A DNA stretch of 64,000 nt from an uncultured Solirubrobacterales bacterium (lineage in GTDB: Bacteria > Actinomycetota > Thermoleophilia > Solirubrobacterales > Solirubrobacteraceae), in NCBI GenBank assembly GCA_963847055.1, contig CAWJYE010000008.1, forward strand, positions 298,947 to 362,946, read 5' to 3'. Positions 34,368-43,872 of the stretch are shown here, in pieces. Numbering within the stretch: position 1 is the stretch's first letter; every line of letters starts with the position of its first letter. Under the pieces are notes generated by a model. The model saw only the letters and a program-made list of their open reading frames with translations. It did not search any database and was not told the origin of the DNA. Position numbers and translations under genes: made by a program.

Positions 34368-35683
34368 CGGGCCGCCGCCCGACCGACCGCGGTCTTCGGG
34401 CGCGCCGACCGAGCGCCGACCACGGCACCGCTGAGCGGGAGCCCGGCTGGCCGGGCGACGCAGCGTTCCCGGCGGTGATGCTCGAGCTGATGGCCGAACA
34501 CGCTCAGCGCGCTCTCCACAAAGCGGGCGGCGCCGTCGGGGTGATGGCAGGCGCCGCGGCCCCGGATCTCGGCCGTCCAGCGGCGCAGACGCTCGATCTC
34601 CCGGGGCTCAGCCACGCCCTGCGCGAGCGCTTGGACAGAGTCGGCGATCGCGCGCAGGCCGAACACGCAGGGACCGCACTGTCCCGCCGACTGGTCGGCA
34701 AGGTAGCCGACGATGCGGGCTGACTCGTGCAGACCACAGGCACTTTCGCCCAGGGCGATCAGCACGCCGGAACCGAGGGCGCAGCCCACGCCCCGCAGTT
34801 CCTCGCGGGAAAGGCGAAGCCCGAGGGCGCGGTCGGCCTGCACCCAGGTGCCGAAGTAGCCGCCGACGAGAAGGGCTTGCAGAGGCTCGGTGGCGCCGCC
34901 GGCGGCCGCCAGCAGGTCGACCATCGGCGTGCCGAAGGCCAGCTCGTAAACCCCGGGCGTGTGAACCGCGCCCGAGATCGTGACCAGGGCCGAGCCGGGA
35001 TCGGCGTCGCTGCCGAGCTCGCGAAACCAGTCGGGACCGAAGCGGGCGATGAGAGCCATCTGCGCGCAGGTCTCGCAGTTCTGGACCAGGGTCGGGCGCC
35101 CCCCCAAGCCCCGCTCGTAGGGGCGCGGCGGGACGAAGGTCGGCTTGGCGATCCCCCGGGAGAGGAAGTTCAGAACGGCTGTCTCCTCACCCGTCACGTA
35201 GCCCTCGGGCCCGGCCACCACTGAGAAGGCGATCCTCTCGTCGTCGCGGACGGCCGCGGCCCCCTCGAGTGCCCTGATGACGGCCGGGGTGCCGTCGCCG
35301 ACCTTGATCATGACCTCGCGGGCGCCAACCGCACGGGCAGCCAGCACCGCCCCATCGAGGACGAGATGGGGTAGCCGAGCGAGCAGTAGGTGGTCCTTGG
35401 CACTGGCCGGCTCGGTCTCGGAGCCGTTGACGACCACGGTCGCCGCGCCGCGCCGCTCGGCGACCGAGCGCAGCTTGACCGCGGTCGGGAAGTCAGCTCC
35501 ACCGCGACCCCGCAGGCCGCTGCGGTGCACGAGATCGATCAGCTCGGGGACGGCGATTTGGGGCATCGGCCCGTGGACGGCGCGGTGATCGGCGAGGGTC
35601 ATGGTCGCCCCCGGCGGACCGAGGCCAGCGAGCAGGCGCGGGAGACCGGACGGGCCGCCAACGGCACGAGGAGGACGGCTCAT
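34364..35683 (-). CDS. Stand-alone NuoF/NqrF-like FMN/NADH-binding Fe-S flavoprotein
   Basis: GLRGRGGADFP, NGSETEP, YVTGEETA, NCET, SAGQCGPC...GACHHPDG. No other nuo genes nearby. Confidence 0.85.
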   Translation of the reverse strand: MSRPPRAVGGPSGLPRLLAGLGPPGATMTLADHRAVHGPMPQIAVPELIDLVHRSGLRGRGGADFPTAVKLRSVAERRGAATVVVNGSETEPASAKDHLLLARLPHLVLDGAVLAARAVGAREVMIKVGDGTPAVIRALEGAAAVRDDERIAFSVVAGPEGYVTGEETAVLNFLSRGIAKPTFVPPRPYERGLGGRPTLVQNCETCAQMALIARFGPDWFRELGSDADPGSALVTISGAVHTPGVYELAFGTPMVDLLAAAGGATEPLQALLVGGYFGTWVQADRALGLRLSREELRGVGCALGSGVLIALGESACGLHESARIVGYLADQSAGQCGPCVFGLRAIADSVQALAQGVAEPREIERLRRWTAEIRGRGACHHPDGAARFVESALSVFGHQLEHHRRERCVARPAGLPLSGAVVGARSARPKTAVGRAAAR

Positions 35684-36777
35684 TGGCTTCCCAGCGAAGC
35701 GGTGAGCGAGCCGGACACGGTACCTGTTTGCTGATCGATGTTGAGGCGCACCCTGAGGGTCAGGGCGCGACCGCCGCCCTTGACCTTGGCCACGAAGTCC
35801 TGACCCGCGAGTGAGCTGATCTGGCCGGTCAAAACCGGCGACAGACCGGTCTGGAGCAGGTCCACCTGGCTGCCGGTCATCGAGAGCCCGCCGCCGGGGA
35901 TCGGAGCCCCGGCCAGCCGGACCCGAAGCCGGCCGCGGGCGCCGCCGCTCACGCGCAGGTCGAGATCGACCAGGGCTCCGCCGGCCACGCTGTTCTGGAC
36001 GACGCTCCCCGACAGATTGGCCGTGAAGGGCCTGGGCGCCGCCGACCGCCCCGGGACCGGCGTGCTCGCGCGCACGACCCGCGCCGGCGTGGCCGTAGCG
36101 AGTAGGGTCGCGGGCGTCCCGGCGCGCTTGGCCCAGCCTTTCTCAAGCGGCCCGAGCAGGGTGAAGACGACGATGCCGACCGGCACGATCACAGTGAGCG
36201 CGATCGCGGAAGCACGGAGCCCGGTCGGGCTCCACTCGGCGCGGGCCAGGCGCAGGCCGGCCGCTGCGGAGACGAGCGCGACGCATGCCGCCGTGAGAGC
36301 GAGCATCCACCAGACCTTGGTGTCGCTGCCGGTGCCGAGGCCGTGCAGCACTGCCACTGGCCAGCTGGCGTAGGCGAACCAGTGAACGGCCCGCCAGCTC
36401 TGATACCCGAGCCGGCGCCGAGCCAGGCTGGTGACGGTCAGCGCCAGGATGAGGTCAAAGGAGAGCGCGCCGAGCCCGAGCCAGAGCGGACGGTAGCTGG
36501 CGCCGAAGGGGATCACGGCGGCCGTAAGCGAGATCGGCGCAAAGGTATCCAGCACGCTGGTGGCGATGTGGATGAGGAGAAAGACGACGACCATCAGCGA
36601 CACGTCACGGTGCACGGTCTCGACCGCGAACCGGGGCCAGCGGCCGCCGGAGACGCGCATCGAGCCGGCGATGCCGATCACCACGCTGGCCGTGAGCAGT
36701 ACCAGCGAAACGGCTCCTGACCCGCGGGTCAGGTACCAAGAGATGCTCGGGCCGGCCGTCGCCAGGGGGGTGATCAC
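35680..36777 (-). CDS. Ferric-reductase-like (MsrQ-type) diheme membrane protein with C-terminal soluble extension
   Basis: WYLTRGSG, four His (VHRDVS, IHIATS, VHWFAY, LHGLG), GTGSDT. GTG start overlaps the apbE stop. Confidence 0.82.
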   Translation of the reverse strand: MITPLATAGPSISWYLTRGSGAVSLVLLTASVVIGIAGSMRVSGGRWPRFAVETVHRDVSLMVVVFLLIHIATSVLDTFAPISLTAAVIPFGASYRPLWLGLGALSFDLILALTVTSLARRRLGYQSWRAVHWFAYASWPVAVLHGLGTGSDTKVWWMLALTAACVALVSAAAGLRLARAEWSPTGLRASAIALTVIVPVGIVVFTLLGPLEKGWAKRAGTPATLLATATPARVVRASTPVPGRSAAPRPFTANLSGSVVQNSVAGGALVDLDLRVSGGARGRLRVRLAGAPIPGGGLSMTGSQVDLLQTGLSPVLTGQISSLAGQDFVAKVKGGGRALTLRVRLNIDQQTGTVSGSLTASLGSQ

Positions 36778-37724
36778 GCCACTGCCCTGACAACTGCCGC
36801 GGCCGGCAGGTCGTCGCCAGCGGCGGGCCAGCCAGCCACGTGTCGCACGCGTCCGGCGGCGTCGACGAGGCGGCTCGGCAGCCCGACCGCCTCGAGCCAA
36901 CCGGGGGCGCGCTCGCCGCGGATGATGGCGGCGGTGCTGGCGATATTGGCATCGAGGCAGCTCGCCGCGGCGACGCTGACCGTCTGCCAGCCAGCGGACA
37001 CGGGACGCCCGCTGGCCGGGTCGAGCAGGTGATGGCGGGCCTCGCCCTGAGTGTGCCAGCGGCGTGTGGTGGTGCTCGAGGTAGCCAGGCCGCCGGACGC
37101 GATCGTGATCGTCTGGCCGGGGGCATCGAGCCCGGAGCGGTGATCGGCCGTCACACGGATCAGCCAGCCGGGGGTGGGCGCGGGACCGGCGGTGGCCATA
37201 TCGCCGCCGAAGCTGATCAGGACACTGCTGCCGGTGGCCTCGTGCACCGCGGCGGCAGCCTGGTCGGCGGCCAGTGCCTTGGCGGTCGCGCCGAGGTCGA
37301 GGATCACGCGCTCGGGCAGCGAGATGGTGCTCGCGACCGGGTCTATCCGGATCGCCCGCCAGCCCGGTAGCGAGGCGAAACGCAGCGAGCCGCCCCGACC
37401 ATCCAGACCCAAGTCAAAGTCGCGGTCGTAGCCGAGCGCGATCAGCGCCGCGCCCAGCGAGGGATCGACGTCACCGTCGGTGAGCGAGGCGGCGCGCAGC
37501 GCGGCCTGCACGGCCTCCAGGAGCAGCGGCGATACGCGCGTCGGGCGCCCCCCGGCCCGGTTGAGCGCGCTGATCTCCGAGTCGTCGCGAAACCGCGAGC
37601 AGGCGTGGTCAAAGGCGTCCACGATTCGCTGCACGACCGCGACCACTGCTGTGAGCTGCTCGCAATCGGACGTCACCACCGATGCCGTGCTTCCGAACGC
37701 CGGAAAGCTGGCAGACGCGCTCAA
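36774..37724 (-). CDS. apbE: FAD:protein FMN transferase
   Basis: CSRFRDDSEIS, TDGDVDPSLG, LDLGATAKA, GGDM, LATSST, HHLLDPASG, ANIASTAA. Confidence 0.9.
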   Translation of the reverse strand: MSASASFPAFGSTASVVTSDCEQLTAVVAVVQRIVDAFDHACSRFRDDSEISALNRAGGRPTRVSPLLLEAVQAALRAASLTDGDVDPSLGAALIALGYDRDFDLGLDGRGGSLRFASLPGWRAIRIDPVASTISLPERVILDLGATAKALAADQAAAAVHEATGSSVLISFGGDMATAGPAPTPGWLIRVTADHRSGLDAPGQTITIASGGLATSSTTTRRWHTQGEARHHLLDPASGRPVSAGWQTVSVAAASCLDANIASTAAIIRGERAPGWLEAVGLPSRLVDAAGRVRHVAGWPAAGDDLPAAAVVRAVA

Positions 37725-38125
37725 GAGCCTCCGGACACCGCGGGTGCGGGCGCCGACTGCGCGGGCACGGAGTGGGGCGTCGCGGCCTGCGTCTGGGGTT
37801 GGGCGGGGGGGGCCGGCTGCGGCGCGCTTGCGGGGGCACCCAGACCGAGTTGTCCGGCGCTGGCCAGGGGGGGCATCGTGGCCTGGGAGCTGCCCGCGTT
37901 ACCGGAGACAGTGGCCACCGACGCCGACGCCCGGAGGTAGTGCTTGGCGCCGAGCGTCCGGCCAGAGGCGGCACTGACCACGCCGGCGACGGCGACCGTC
38001 AACGCGCCCGCGCCAATCACCGTCACGCCGCGAACGCGGGCGAGCCGGGCAAGCGCAGCCTCACGCTTACGCTGGGCGCTGGCCCGGTCGGGCCGCGGGC
38101 CTGGATACATGCCGGTGGACACCAC
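37721..38125 (-). CDS. Small exported Pro/Ala/Gln-rich protein ending in VSGGS
   Basis: Arg-rich N-region, one TM/signal helix, low-complexity linker, C-terminal AVSGGS. Its stop overlaps the apbE TTG. Confidence 0.7.
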   Translation of the reverse strand: MVSTGMYPGPRPDRASAQRKREAALARLARVRGVTVIGAGALTVAVAGVVSAASGRTLGAKHYLRASASVATVSGNAGSSQATMPPLASAGQLGLGAPASAPQPAPPAQPQTQAATPHSVPAQSAPAPAVSGGS

Positions 38126-38174
38126 TAAACCTTGACTGGAGTCGATCAGATCAGGCTAAGAGAAGTATGAGAGT

Positions 38175-39539
38175 TCAGGCACTGCGGTGGGAAGACACCG
38201 GCAAGCGGATGGTGAACTGAGAGCCGGTGACCGAGATCGTGCCGCCATGGCCTTTGACAGTGGCCGCCACGATTGACAGCCCGAGCCCCGATCCGGGGCG
38301 CTCGGAGGCCTCCGGGGCCCGCCAGAAGCGTTCAAAGACGCGGTCACGGTAGCTCGGATCGGGACCGGGACCCTGATCAGATACCGACAGGATGGCCTCC
38401 GTGGCGGTGGCAGCGAGCGCGACCGTGACCAGGCCTGCGGCTGGACCATGACCGAGACCGTTTTCGATCAAGTTGGCCAGCGAGCGGCGTAATGCCGCCT
38501 CGTCGCCAGTGACAGTCACCTCGGCGAGCGGGCCGGCATGTACGCGTTCGGGGTCCTGGTCGTCGAGCACCGAGCGCACCAGTGGCGCCAGGTGCACAGG
38601 GGTGGCTTCCAGCGCGGTGGCGGCGGCCCGCTCGAGGGTCAAGAGCGCATCGACCAGGCGCGCCAGGCGGCTGGCATCCAGGCGCAGCTCCTCGAGCACC
38701 TCGGGTTCCGCACCGTGGCGGGCGGCGTACTCGACGTTGCCCAGCAGCGAGGTCACGGGCGTGCGCAGCTCGTGCGAGGCGTCGGCCAAGAAGCGCCGCT
38801 CACCCGTGCGGGCGTCCTGGAGCGAGGACAGCATCCGGTTCAGGACTCCGGTCAGGCGCCCGATCTCGTCCAGGGTGGTCGGCTCGGGCAAGCGTCTTGC
38901 GGGGTCAGCGGTGCGCTCGATCTCGCCTGCGGCGGCGGCCAGGCGCCGCAATGGCCCCAAGCCCCGGCGGGTGAGCAGCGCCGCGGCCAGCGCAGCGAGG
39001 ACAACGACGCCGGCGCCGCTGAGGGCGACCACGGCACCGAGGTTGGAGAGCGTGTGGGCGATGTCCGCGGTGTCGGCGCCGACTACGACCGCTCCGCCGG
39101 AAGCCGATCCGGTGACGTCGGCGATGGGCGCGGCGTAGACGCGGAAGGGGCGATTGCCGAGGTGGATGTCCTCGAAGCCTGTGCGACCCTGGAGCAGCGC
39201 CGCCCGGACCAGCCGGTCCTGGGGCAGCAGCCGGGCACCGAGGGCCAGCGAACGGGCCAGGATGCGTCCCCGGGCGTCGATCACCTCGACTGCGAGCTGG
39301 CGTCCGGAGGCGGTGCTTTCGAGCGCCCCGGGCTCAGTCAGGACCGCCGGGGCCGAGACCGCGAGCTGGGCAACGTCCTCGGCGCGCTGGCGCAATGACG
39401 TGTCCAGGGAGCCCCGCAGCTCGTCACCGACCACCACCACGGTGATGATCGCGAACACGGCCACGGCGGCCAGGATCGTCGCTGCGGTGGCCGCTGCGAG
39501 GCGCGCGCGGAGCGTCCGGAACGGCCTCAGGGCCGACAC
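38175..39539 (-). CDS. HAMP-domain sensor histidine kinase (MprB-like)
   Basis: Two TMs, DEIGRL..VLNRML HAMP, DASHELRTP, NLIENG, VSDQGPG, GSGLGLSI. Confidence 0.92.
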   Translation of the reverse strand: MSALRPFRTLRARLAAATAATILAAVAVFAIITVVVVGDELRGSLDTSLRQRAEDVAQLAVSAPAVLTEPGALESTASGRQLAVEVIDARGRILARSLALGARLLPQDRLVRAALLQGRTGFEDIHLGNRPFRVYAAPIADVTGSASGGAVVVGADTADIAHTLSNLGAVVALSGAGVVVLAALAAALLTRRGLGPLRRLAAAAGEIERTADPARRLPEPTTLDEIGRLTGVLNRMLSSLQDARTGERRFLADASHELRTPVTSLLGNVEYAARHGAEPEVLEELRLDASRLARLVDALLTLERAAATALEATPVHLAPLVRSVLDDQDPERVHAGPLAEVTVTGDEAALRRSLANLIENGLGHGPAAGLVTVALAATATEAILSVSDQGPGPDPSYRDRVFERFWRAPEASERPGSGLGLSIVAATVKGHGGTISVTGSQFTIRLPVSSHRSA

Positions 39540-39634
39540 GGGCCGCCAAAACGCATCAAAGTTGTGTTTTCATCATTAAGCGGGGCAGTTCCGAGTAAGA
39601 TCGTCTCCGGATCACACACCACGGATGGTTGCTG

Positions 39635-41353
39635 ATGTCTCCTGAACAGGCAGGGTCGGCGGCCTCGGCGCGCGTTCTGTTGATCGAAGACGATCCCCGC
39701 GCGGCGATGCTGATCGGCGAGATGCTCCGAGCGGCATGGGCTCAAGGGCTGGTCATCGCCCACGCCCAACGCTTCGCCGACGCCACCCAGGAGCTGATCG
39801 ATCACGGCGCCACCTGTGTCCTGCTCGACATTCCTGCCGATGATCCCGATCCGCTGCGCACGCTCGAGGCGCTGCGCAGCGCTGCTCCCGATGTCCCGGT
39901 GATCGTGCTCTCGGACCGGGCCGACGAGGACTTCGGCCTGGCCGCGGTCACAGCCGGCGCCCAGGATTTTCTGCGCACGGCAGAGCTGAACCCCGTCTTG
40001 CTGGCTCGCGCCGTGCGCTACGCGATCGAGCGCAAGCGCTCGGAGGTCGATCTCGCCCACCAGGCGCTGCACGACCCGCTCACCGGGCTGCCCAACCGCG
40101 CCTTGTTCATCGACCGCCTGACCGTGGCCCTGGATCGCTCGCGTCGCACCGGCGCGCCCGTCGCCGTGCTGTTCCTCGACGTGGACACCTTCAAGCAGAT
40201 CAACGACACGATGGGGCACGCGGCGGGGGATCAGCTCCTCACCGTGCTGGCCGATCGCTTCCACCCCATGCTGCGCCCGATGGACACCGTCGCGCGCTTC
40301 GGGGGCGACGAGTTCACGTTCCTGTTCGAGGAGCTCGAGTCCGAGCGCGAAGCGGTGCTGATCGCCGAGCGGATAACCCGCGCGGCGAGCCAGCCACTGA
40401 TGCTCGGCGACGGCGAGATGACGGTCGCGGTCAGCATCGGGATCGCGATCGTGAGCGATCCATCCGTCACCCCCGACTCGGTGATTCGTGACGCCGATAC
40501 GGCCATGTATCGCGCCAAGGAGCGAGGCGGGGCGCGCTTTGAGCTCTACGACGAGAACTCGCGCCACCGCGCCAGCGAGCGGCTCGAGTTCGAGGACGCG
40601 CTCCGTCAAGCCCTCGAGCGTTCCGAGCTGCGGGTGCACTATCAGCCCCAGGTCACCCTCAACGGCGAGACCGGACTGTCGGGCTTCGAAGCCCTGGTCC
40701 GCTGGGAACACCCCCAGCGCGGCTTGATCGACGCGGCGGAGTTCCTCGCCCTGGCCGAGTCGACCGGGCTGATCGTGCCGATCGGTTTGTGGGTGCTCGG
40801 ACAGGCGCTGCGCCAGGTCGCCCGGTGGCGCCAGTCGCGCCCGGGGATCACCGTCTCGGTCAACCTGTCGGCTCGCCAGCTCGCCGACCCGGGGCTGGTG
40901 GCGAGCCTGGCAACGGCGATCGACGACAGCGGGGCCGATCCCGGCGTGCTCTATCTCGAGGTCACCGAGGACACCGTGCAGAAGGATCCCGAGCTCGCCG
41001 AGCGGATGCTGGAAGCGTTCAGCCAGCTCGGCGTCAAGCTGGCGGTGGACGATTTCGGCACCGGTCACTCTTCCGTGCAGAGCCTGCGCCACCTGCCGCT
41101 GGAGGCGATCAAGATCGACCCTTCCTTTGTGGCCGGCCTGGGGGCCAATCCCGACGACGCCGCGCTGCTCGGGGCGCTGGTCGAGCTCGGGCATGCGCTG
41201 GGCGTAACGGTGGTCGCCGAGGGGGTCGAGACCGATACCCAGCTCGCTCACCTGCGAGACCTGGGCTGCGACGGCGCCCAGGGGTATCTGTTCAGCCGCC
41301 CGCTCCCCGAGGACGGCGTCCACGCCCTGCTCGGGCCGGGGGTCATGAATTGA
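39635..41353 (+). CDS. REC-GGDEF-EAL diguanylate cyclase/phosphodiesterase
   Basis: REC domain, HDPLTGLPNR, RPMD I-site, RFGGDEF, FEALVRW, SVNLS, LEVTE, DDFGTG, IKID, AEGVET, QGY. Confidence 0.95.
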   Translation: MSPEQAGSAASARVLLIEDDPRAAMLIGEMLRAAWAQGLVIAHAQRFADATQELIDHGATCVLLDIPADDPDPLRTLEALRSAAPDVPVIVLSDRADEDFGLAAVTAGAQDFLRTAELNPVLLARAVRYAIERKRSEVDLAHQALHDPLTGLPNRALFIDRLTVALDRSRRTGAPVAVLFLDVDTFKQINDTMGHAAGDQLLTVLADRFHPMLRPMDTVARFGGDEFTFLFEELESEREAVLIAERITRAASQPLMLGDGEMTVAVSIGIAIVSDPSVTPDSVIRDADTAMYRAKERGGARFELYDENSRHRASERLEFEDALRQALERSELRVHYQPQVTLNGETGLSGFEALVRWEHPQRGLIDAAEFLALAESTGLIVPIGLWVLGQALRQVARWRQSRPGITVSVNLSARQLADPGLVASLATAIDDSGADPGVLYLEVTEDTVQKDPELAERMLEAFSQLGVKLAVDDFGTGHSSVQSLRHLPLEAIKIDPSFVAGLGANPDDAALLGALVELGHALGVTVVAEGVETDTQLAHLRDLGCDGAQGYLFSRPLPEDGVHALLGPGVMN

Positions 41354-41378
41354 CGCGCAACCCCGCGCCTTGCAGGGC

Positions 41379-42047
41379 CTAAGCGCGAAGCACGAACCCC
41401 GCGCCTCGCAGGGTGCGGATCAGGGGTGGATCGCCCAGCTTGCGGCGCAGGCGGGTGACATAACGGTCGACAACGTTGGCTTCGGCGGCGCCGCCCCAGA
41501 TCTCGTCGATCGCCCGCTCGCGGGTCACGGTGCGCCCGGGCCGGCGCAGCAGCAGCTCGAGCAGCGCCGCCTCGCGGCCGGTCAGCTCGATCGTGCGAGG
41601 GCCGCGAGTGGCTGTGCGGGTGGCCAGATCGAGCCCCAGATCGGCGTAGGCGAGACGTTCCTCGGCCCCCTTGCCCCGGCGCGTGAGGGCCCGCAGGCGC
41701 GCGATCAGCTCGGGTACGGCGAACGGCTTGACCAGGTAATCATCGGCGCCCGCCTCGAGACCAGCGACACGATCAGCCACCCCGTCGCGGGCCGTCAGCA
41801 TCAGGATCGGGGTGGGCAGCCCGCGGCTGCGCAGCCGCCGACAGACCGAGAGGCCATCGATGGCGGGCATGGCGACGTCGAGGACGATGACATCCGGGGC
41901 GTTGCGCTCGGCGGCAAGCAGGGCGGCGCCGCCGTCACCGGCCACCGTGACGTCATAGCCCTCCGCGCTCAGCGTGCGGGCCAGCATCCGACGCAGGGGC
42001 GGGTCGTCATCGACGACCAGCACCCGCTCGCCCGGCTGGCTGGTCAT
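41379..42047 (-). CDS. OmpR/MprA-family response regulator
   Basis: VLVVDDD, VLDVAMP, LMLTARD, GADDYLVKPF, LIRTLRGAGF. ATG overlaps the permease stop. Confidence 0.95.
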   Translation of the reverse strand: MTSQPGERVLVVDDDPPLRRMLARTLSAEGYDVTVAGDGGAALLAAERNAPDVIVLDVAMPAIDGLSVCRRLRSRGLPTPILMLTARDGVADRVAGLEAGADDYLVKPFAVPELIARLRALTRRGKGAEERLAYADLGLDLATRTATRGPRTIELTGREAALLELLLRRPGRTVTRERAIDEIWGGAAEANVVDRYVTRLRRKLGDPPLIRTLRGAGFVLRA

Positions 42048-42868
42048 CCACCAGCCACGTCGCGGCGAATGAAGACCAGGAACGCGGCGCTGATGGCCGG
42101 CACCGCGTAGAGCAGGCATACCCAAACTGCCCGGATGATCGGCGCCCAGTCGATCGGGGTGCGCAGCAGTCCCTGCCAGGCGTTGAACTGGGTGCTCAGC
42201 AGGTAGGGCTGAAGGCCGGTCAGGCCGGGCAGGATCCCGATCAGCTGAAAGAGCAGCGAGACCATCAGCGTCCCGACCACGGCGGCAGCGCTGTTGCGCG
42301 TTATCGAGGAGAGCAGCAGGCCGATACAGACGATGGCGGCGATCGGGATCAGGTACACGAGTAGGCTCACATAGACGAGCTCGGTCGCCTTGGGCGCGGA
42401 GACGATCGTGCCCGAGAGGCTCTGCAGCGAGTGGTAGCCCGACTGGACGCTCCCGGCGATTACCGCCACCGTACCGGACAGCAGGATCGCGGTGATCGCG
42501 TAGGTGACGGCGGCGAGGGCTTTGCCGGCGAAGATCTGCCAGCGCTCGAGCGAGCGGGTGAAGATCGTCTTCAGAGTGCCGTTGTGGTCCTCGGAGGCGA
42601 AGATGTCTCCCGCGACCAACGCGGTGATGAGCGGGAACATCCACACCGCGCCGAACAGCAGCAGCACGAGCGGCACGGCGAGACCGCTGCGATCCAGGTA
42701 TGAGGAGAACGCGAAGTCACCGCCGCGGTCGGGCCCGTGGTGGCGGAAATGGATCGCGAGCACGAACAGGATCGGGACGATGATCGACGCCCCAAGACCG
42801 AGATAGGTCCGCTTCTGGTGACGGAGCTTGAACAGCTCCCAGCGGTAGACGGTCGCGGTGCCCGGCAT
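42044..42868 (-). CDS. ABC transporter permease
   Basis: Six hydrophobic segments, SEDHNGTLKTIFTRS EAA-like loop. Coupled to the ATPase. Confidence 0.88.
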   Translation of the reverse strand: MPGTATVYRWELFKLRHQKRTYLGLGASIIVPILFVLAIHFRHHGPDRGGDFAFSSYLDRSGLAVPLVLLLFGAVWMFPLITALVAGDIFASEDHNGTLKTIFTRSLERWQIFAGKALAAVTYAITAILLSGTVAVIAGSVQSGYHSLQSLSGTIVSAPKATELVYVSLLVYLIPIAAIVCIGLLLSSITRNSAAAVVGTLMVSLLFQLIGILPGLTGLQPYLLSTQFNAWQGLLRTPIDWAPIIRAVWVCLLYAVPAISAAFLVFIRRDVAGG

Positions 42869-43872
42869 CAGCTCGCCCCCTCACCGGCGTGGGCGGGCTG
42901 GAGCGCCGGCGCGTCCGGCGCGCCCGCTTCGCCCTCGGTGAACGAGAAGAACAGATCCTCGAGCGTTACGCTCTGCGGCGCCAGCGCGTGGATCAGGGCG
43001 CCGGCTTCGACCAGCGCGCCAGACAGTTCCGCCACCGCCGCTTCGTCGGCGGTGAAGAGAATCCGGCCGTGCTCGTCGACGTGCACGTCGGCGACCCCGC
43101 GTTGGGCGCGGCAGACGGCCACGGCGCGCTCGTCATCGGTCGTCTCGACGCGGTACGTGGTGCCGGCGGCGCCGCGCTGGAGCGCCGCGATCTCGCCCTC
43201 GTAGACGATCCGCCCCGAGCGGACGATAGCCACTCGGTTGCAGACGTCCTCGACTTCGGCCAGCAGGTGGCTGGAGAGCACAACGGTCATGCCCTGACCG
43301 GCCAGGCTGCGGATCAGCAGGCGCATGTCGCGCATGCCGGCGGGGTCAAGCCCAGTGGTGGGCTCGTCCAGGAGCAGGAGCTTGGGCTGACGCAGCAGCG
43401 CGGCGGCGATCCCGAGCCGTTGGCGCATGCCGTGGGAGTAGCCGCCGACCCGGTCCTTGGCGCGGCTGGCCAGCTCGACAGTGTCGAGGGCCTCGTCGAT
43501 TCGCTCGCCGGCGCCCCCGCCGTCGTAGGCGGCCAGCATCTCGAGGTTGCGCCGGGCACTGAGATACGGATAGAAGGTCGGTGCCTCGACGAAGCCGGCC
43601 ACACCCTCCAATGCCGCCACGCTCTGTAGCGGGTCGCGCCCGAACACGCGGACGCTGCCCTCGGTCGGGCGGATCAGGCCGAGCATCATACGCAGCGAAG
43701 TGGTCTTGCCGGCGCCGTTGGGGCCCAGGTAGCCATAGACGTCGCCGGTGTGGACGGTGATGTCCACACCGGCGACGGCGGTCAGCTCGCCGTAGCGCTT
43801 GACCAGGCCCCGGACCTCGAGCGGTGCCGGACCCGACGCGGGGGCCGAAACCGGGACCGGTTCGGAGCTCAC
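42868..43872 (-). CDS. ABC transporter ATP-binding protein
   Basis: GPNGAGKTT, YSHGMRQR, LLLDEPTTGLD, SSH. Confidence 0.95.
   Translation of the reverse strand: MSSEPVPVSAPASGPAPLEVRGLVKRYGELTAVAGVDITVHTGDVYGYLGPNGAGKTTSLRMMLGLIRPTEGSVRVFGRDPLQSVAALEGVAGFVEAPTFYPYLSARRNLEMLAAYDGGGAGERIDEALDTVELASRAKDRVGGYSHGMRQRLGIAAALLRQPKLLLLDEPTTGLDPAGMRDMRLLIRSLAGQGMTVVLSSHLLAEVEDVCNRVAIVRSGRIVYEGEIAALQRGAAGTTYRVETTDDERAVAVCRAQRGVADVHVDEHGRILFTADEAAVAELSGALVEAGALIHALAPQSVTLEDLFFSFTEGEAGAPDAPALQPAHAGEGAS

Noticed and set aside
34364-35683. Complex I nuoF
   Set aside because: No other nuo genes are present, and it sits in an ApbE/ferric reductase operon.
41379-42644. 421-aa permease-regulator fusion
   Set aside because: The upstream part is an alternate frame of the permease. 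The RR starts at 42047 with an ATGA overlap.
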